DNA of 64,000 bases from Acidobacteriota bacterium (GTDB lineage Bacteria > Acidobacteriota > Terriglobia > Bryobacterales > Bryobacteraceae): NCBI GenBank assembly GCA_026394055.1, contig JAPKYZ010000051.1, forward strand, positions 16,356-80,355, given 5' to 3'. The position numbers were made by a program, and so were the translations under genes. Below the pieces are notes generated by a model. The model did no database searches. It had not been told where the DNA came from and worked only from the letters and a program-made list of their open reading frames with translations. How positions within the stretch are numbered: position 1 is the first letter of the stretch; each line of letters starts with the position of its first letter. Positions 62,243-64,000 of the stretch are shown here, in pieces.

Positions 62243-62488
62243 TTACCGGTAGGCTTCGCGGCGGTTACGCACGCGGAGAACAGTTAGGGTCACGCCGTCG
62301 CTGTAGAAGCGGACGCGGTAATCGCCCGACCGGAGGCGGTACTCAGGCGGGTCAATGCCTTGCAACCGCTTTACATCGCCCACGCCTGTCTCGGCGAATC
62401 GCTCGACCGACTGATTGACGCGGCGGGCGATCGCCCTATCGAGAGAAGCCATGTCGGCCAAGGCCGGCCCGGACCACGCAATCTTCAC
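62243..62488 (-). CDS. RelE/ParE-family type II toxin
   Basis: 'YRLRSGDYRVRFYSDGVTLTVLRVRNRREAY' RelE/ParE C-terminal signature. Start placed at GTG 62488, overlapping the antitoxin stop (TAGTG). Confidence 0.7.
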   Translation of the reverse strand: MKIAWSGPALADMASLDRAIARRVNQSVERFAETGVGDVKRLQGIDPPEYRLRSGDYRVRFYSDGVTLTVLRVRNRREAYR

Positions 62489-62739
62489 TAGCCCAGTCCA
62501 AGCCGCCGGATCGCCTCGGCGTGAGAAATCCCCGCGCCGCTGTTCGACTGAAGCCAAGTCTTGGCTTCAGCGACAGCAACTCTTTCGTCATCCGTCTCGG
62601 GCTCATCATCAAGCGGTGCGTTGCGTAAGGCAGCAGCTACCGGATCGACCAACTCTTCCAAGAGCTGAACAACGCCGGACAGCCGCGTCTCGGGCATGAG
62701 GTCGATCAGTTGGTGTGCCTGCTGCCGGGTGTCACTCAT
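62488..62739 (-). CDS. type II antitoxin (partner of RelE/ParE)
   Basis: 83-aa acidic protein immediately upstream and overlapping the toxin. Family not assigned. Confidence 0.55.
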   Translation of the reverse strand: MSDTRQQAHQLIDLMPETRLSGVVQLLEELVDPVAAALRNAPLDDEPETDDERVAVAEAKTWLQSNSGAGISHAEAIRRLGLG

Positions 62740-62823
62740 GGATGGCTCCTATTTCCCATGCTACTGCGCCGAGAACACCGGTGTCTCTCGAATCGGCCCA
62801 CCAGCCGTCCGCCAGGACAACGG

Positions 62824-63360
62824 CTAACTCATCACCGAAAGATACCGCGCCCACGGCCCCACTTCTTCGCGGTAGCGCTTGGCCATCACGCGGCTCACTT
62901 GGACCAGATGCGCGAGATCATGCGCCGTCCACGTGGCCAGCAACTGCCGGGCCGTGACTGGGCCGAAGGCGGGGTGGGTGCCGGTCAAGTCTAGTTGATC
63001 CGGCTGCAGGTCGAGCTCCTTTAGTCGCGCCAAGCCGTGTTGCCGCAATGAACTGAACTCATCGAGCAGTTGCGGCAGTGTCTTGCCTTGGCCATCCGCA
63101 AACTGCGCCTCCCGGTCAAACGGATCGAACGCGCGCGACGGGCCGTGCTGCAGGATGATCTCCAGGCGCGGCATCCAGTCCGCCCGCTCGCCGTGGATCA
63201 GGTGGCCCACCACCACATACGGGCTCCAGGTCCCCGGCCCTTCGGTGGCATGGGTCCAGACCTCCGGCAGATCCCGCAGCAACGCATCGAGAACGGCCGG
63301 CGTTCGGGTGAGTATGGCGATGGAGTCGGCAAGGAATGTGTCAGCCATAAACCCCATCAT
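62824..63360 (-). CDS. DinB/YfiT-like (DinB_2) family protein
   Basis: 'VVGHLIHGE...H..H' metal-binding His pattern of the DinB superfamily. Start among ATGs at 63360/63357/63348. Confidence 0.55.
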   Translation of the reverse strand: MMGFMADTFLADSIAILTRTPAVLDALLRDLPEVWTHATEGPGTWSPYVVVGHLIHGERADWMPRLEIILQHGPSRAFDPFDREAQFADGQGKTLPQLLDEFSSLRQHGLARLKELDLQPDQLDLTGTHPAFGPVTARQLLATWTAHDLAHLVQVSRVMAKRYREEVGPWARYLSVMS

Positions 63361-63379
63361 AGGCTCGCGGCAGCAGCTT

Positions 63380-63604
63380 TTACAGGCGGGCGCGAAAAGT
63401 GTCAGCGGTCCATTCGATGTCGCGAAGGATCTTGGACAAGAGTCCGGGACCGAGGACTTCCCCCGAGTGGACGGGAACCACCGTCTTGCGACCATCGGGA
63501 TGGGCCATGAAATGGTGACTGCCACGAACCCGGAGCACCGAAAATCCAGCCTGCTCCAGAGCGCTGACCAGCTTCTTCCCGGTCAGAGCGGGCAATTTGC
63601 TCAT
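63380..63604 (-). CDS. hicA: HicA-family type II toxin (mRNA interferase)
   Basis: 'LTGKKLVSALEQAGFSVLRVRGSHHFMAHPDGRKTVVPVHSGEVLGPGLLSKILRDI' is the canonical HicA dsRBD-like fold with catalytic His. Confidence 0.8.
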   Translation of the reverse strand: MSKLPALTGKKLVSALEQAGFSVLRVRGSHHFMAHPDGRKTVVPVHSGEVLGPGLLSKILRDIEWTADTFRARL

Positions 63605-63819
63605 GCCGCAATCGTCACCCGTTGCACGCCGACAAACTGGAGCCGGGGCAGTTCGCCAGACTCGACTTCCAGATACAATTCGATCGCCTCACGAATGCGG
63701 TCGTTCAAATCGTCCAATGATCGGGCCTGCGTATGGCAACCCGGCAACTGGGGTACAGAGGCGACATAGAAGCCTGCTTCGTCCCGCTCGATGATGACGT
63801 CAAACGCTCGGTCAGCCAT
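63601..63819 (-). CDS. hicB: HicB-family antitoxin
   Basis: 'DVIIERDEAGFYVASVPQLPGCHTQARSLDDLNDRIREAIELYLE' HicB/UPF0150 fold. 4-bp overlap with hicA. Confidence 0.75.
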   Translation of the reverse strand: MADRAFDVIIERDEAGFYVASVPQLPGCHTQARSLDDLNDRIREAIELYLEVESGELPRLQFVGVQRVTIAA

Positions 63820-63879
63820 ATCTGTTCCAGTGTAGCGCCGCCACCGCCCGCCGCCCGCTACAATACGGGCTTAAGACCC

Positions 63880-64000
63880 ATGAAGCTCGCTGATCGTATT
63901 GCCCGTCTGGACCAGGAGACCGCCTTTGAGGTCCTGGTGAAAGCCCGCGCGCTGGAAGCGCAAGGCAAGCATGTCATTCATTGTGAAATCGGCCAGCCCG
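63880..64000 (+). CDS. pyridoxal-phosphate-dependent aminotransferase (5' fragment, runs off window)
   Basis: 'MKLADRIARLDQETAFEVLVKARALEAQGKHVIHCEIGQP' is typical of class I aminotransferases (AspC-like). Confidence 0.55.
   Translation, partial: MKLADRIARLDQETAFEVLVKARALEAQGKHVIHCEIGQP

Noticed and set aside
62215-62800. 8-bp repeat 'atcggccc' on both sides of the RelE/antitoxin pair
   Set aside because: Too short for a GC-rich genome; chance occurrence is likely. Not reported as a TSD.

Overview
High-GC (~60-65% by eye) bacterial chromosomal window, most likely Acidobacteriota-like. The guess rests on CarboxypepD_reg-type TonB receptors, a DUF1592/DUF1552 pair and the high GC. I cannot confirm taxonomy without a search.

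Core content:
- moaC-moeA (molybdenum cofactor), an amidase, tyrS, rlmB, rnc, cmk and lysC.
- An F-type ATP synthase operon, atpF'-F-H-A-G-D-C, followed by tRNA-Pro(GGG).
- An RNase P RNA (rnpB) lying under two spurious ORFs.
- Two TonB-dependent receptors. One is a siderophore type next to a PiuC-like hydroxylase and a Fur-box-like site.
- An RND efflux pump followed by a flotillin gene.
- Secreted M3, M14 and S8 peptidases.
- A flbD-motA-motB stator operon.
- An ECF sigma/anti-sigma operon.
- A thiolase with a small OB-fold partner.

Accessory content is wedged tightly between housekeeping genes and looks AT-richer by eye. I judge three items the most notable:
- A two-gene ABC-ATPase + DUF4276/Toprim module. 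It is split-OLD / AbiL-like and a candidate anti-phage system. It sits 4 bp after the M14 peptidase gene.
- A 1.1-kb two-gene cassette (small protein + AbiEii/DUF1814-like nucleotidyltransferase). It is bracketed by a perfect 24-bp direct repeat that duplicates the 3' end of the flotillin gene, which looks like an insertion scar.
- A frameshifted GmrSD-like (DUF262 + DUF1524) type IV restriction gene between rlmB and rnc.

Other accessory items are VapBC, RelE/ParE-antitoxin, HicAB, a Uma2 endonuclease and a DinB-family gene. An unusual inverted array of CGCAAAG heptamers lies between convergent genes at ~58.2 kb. No CRISPR array, transposase or integrase was seen.
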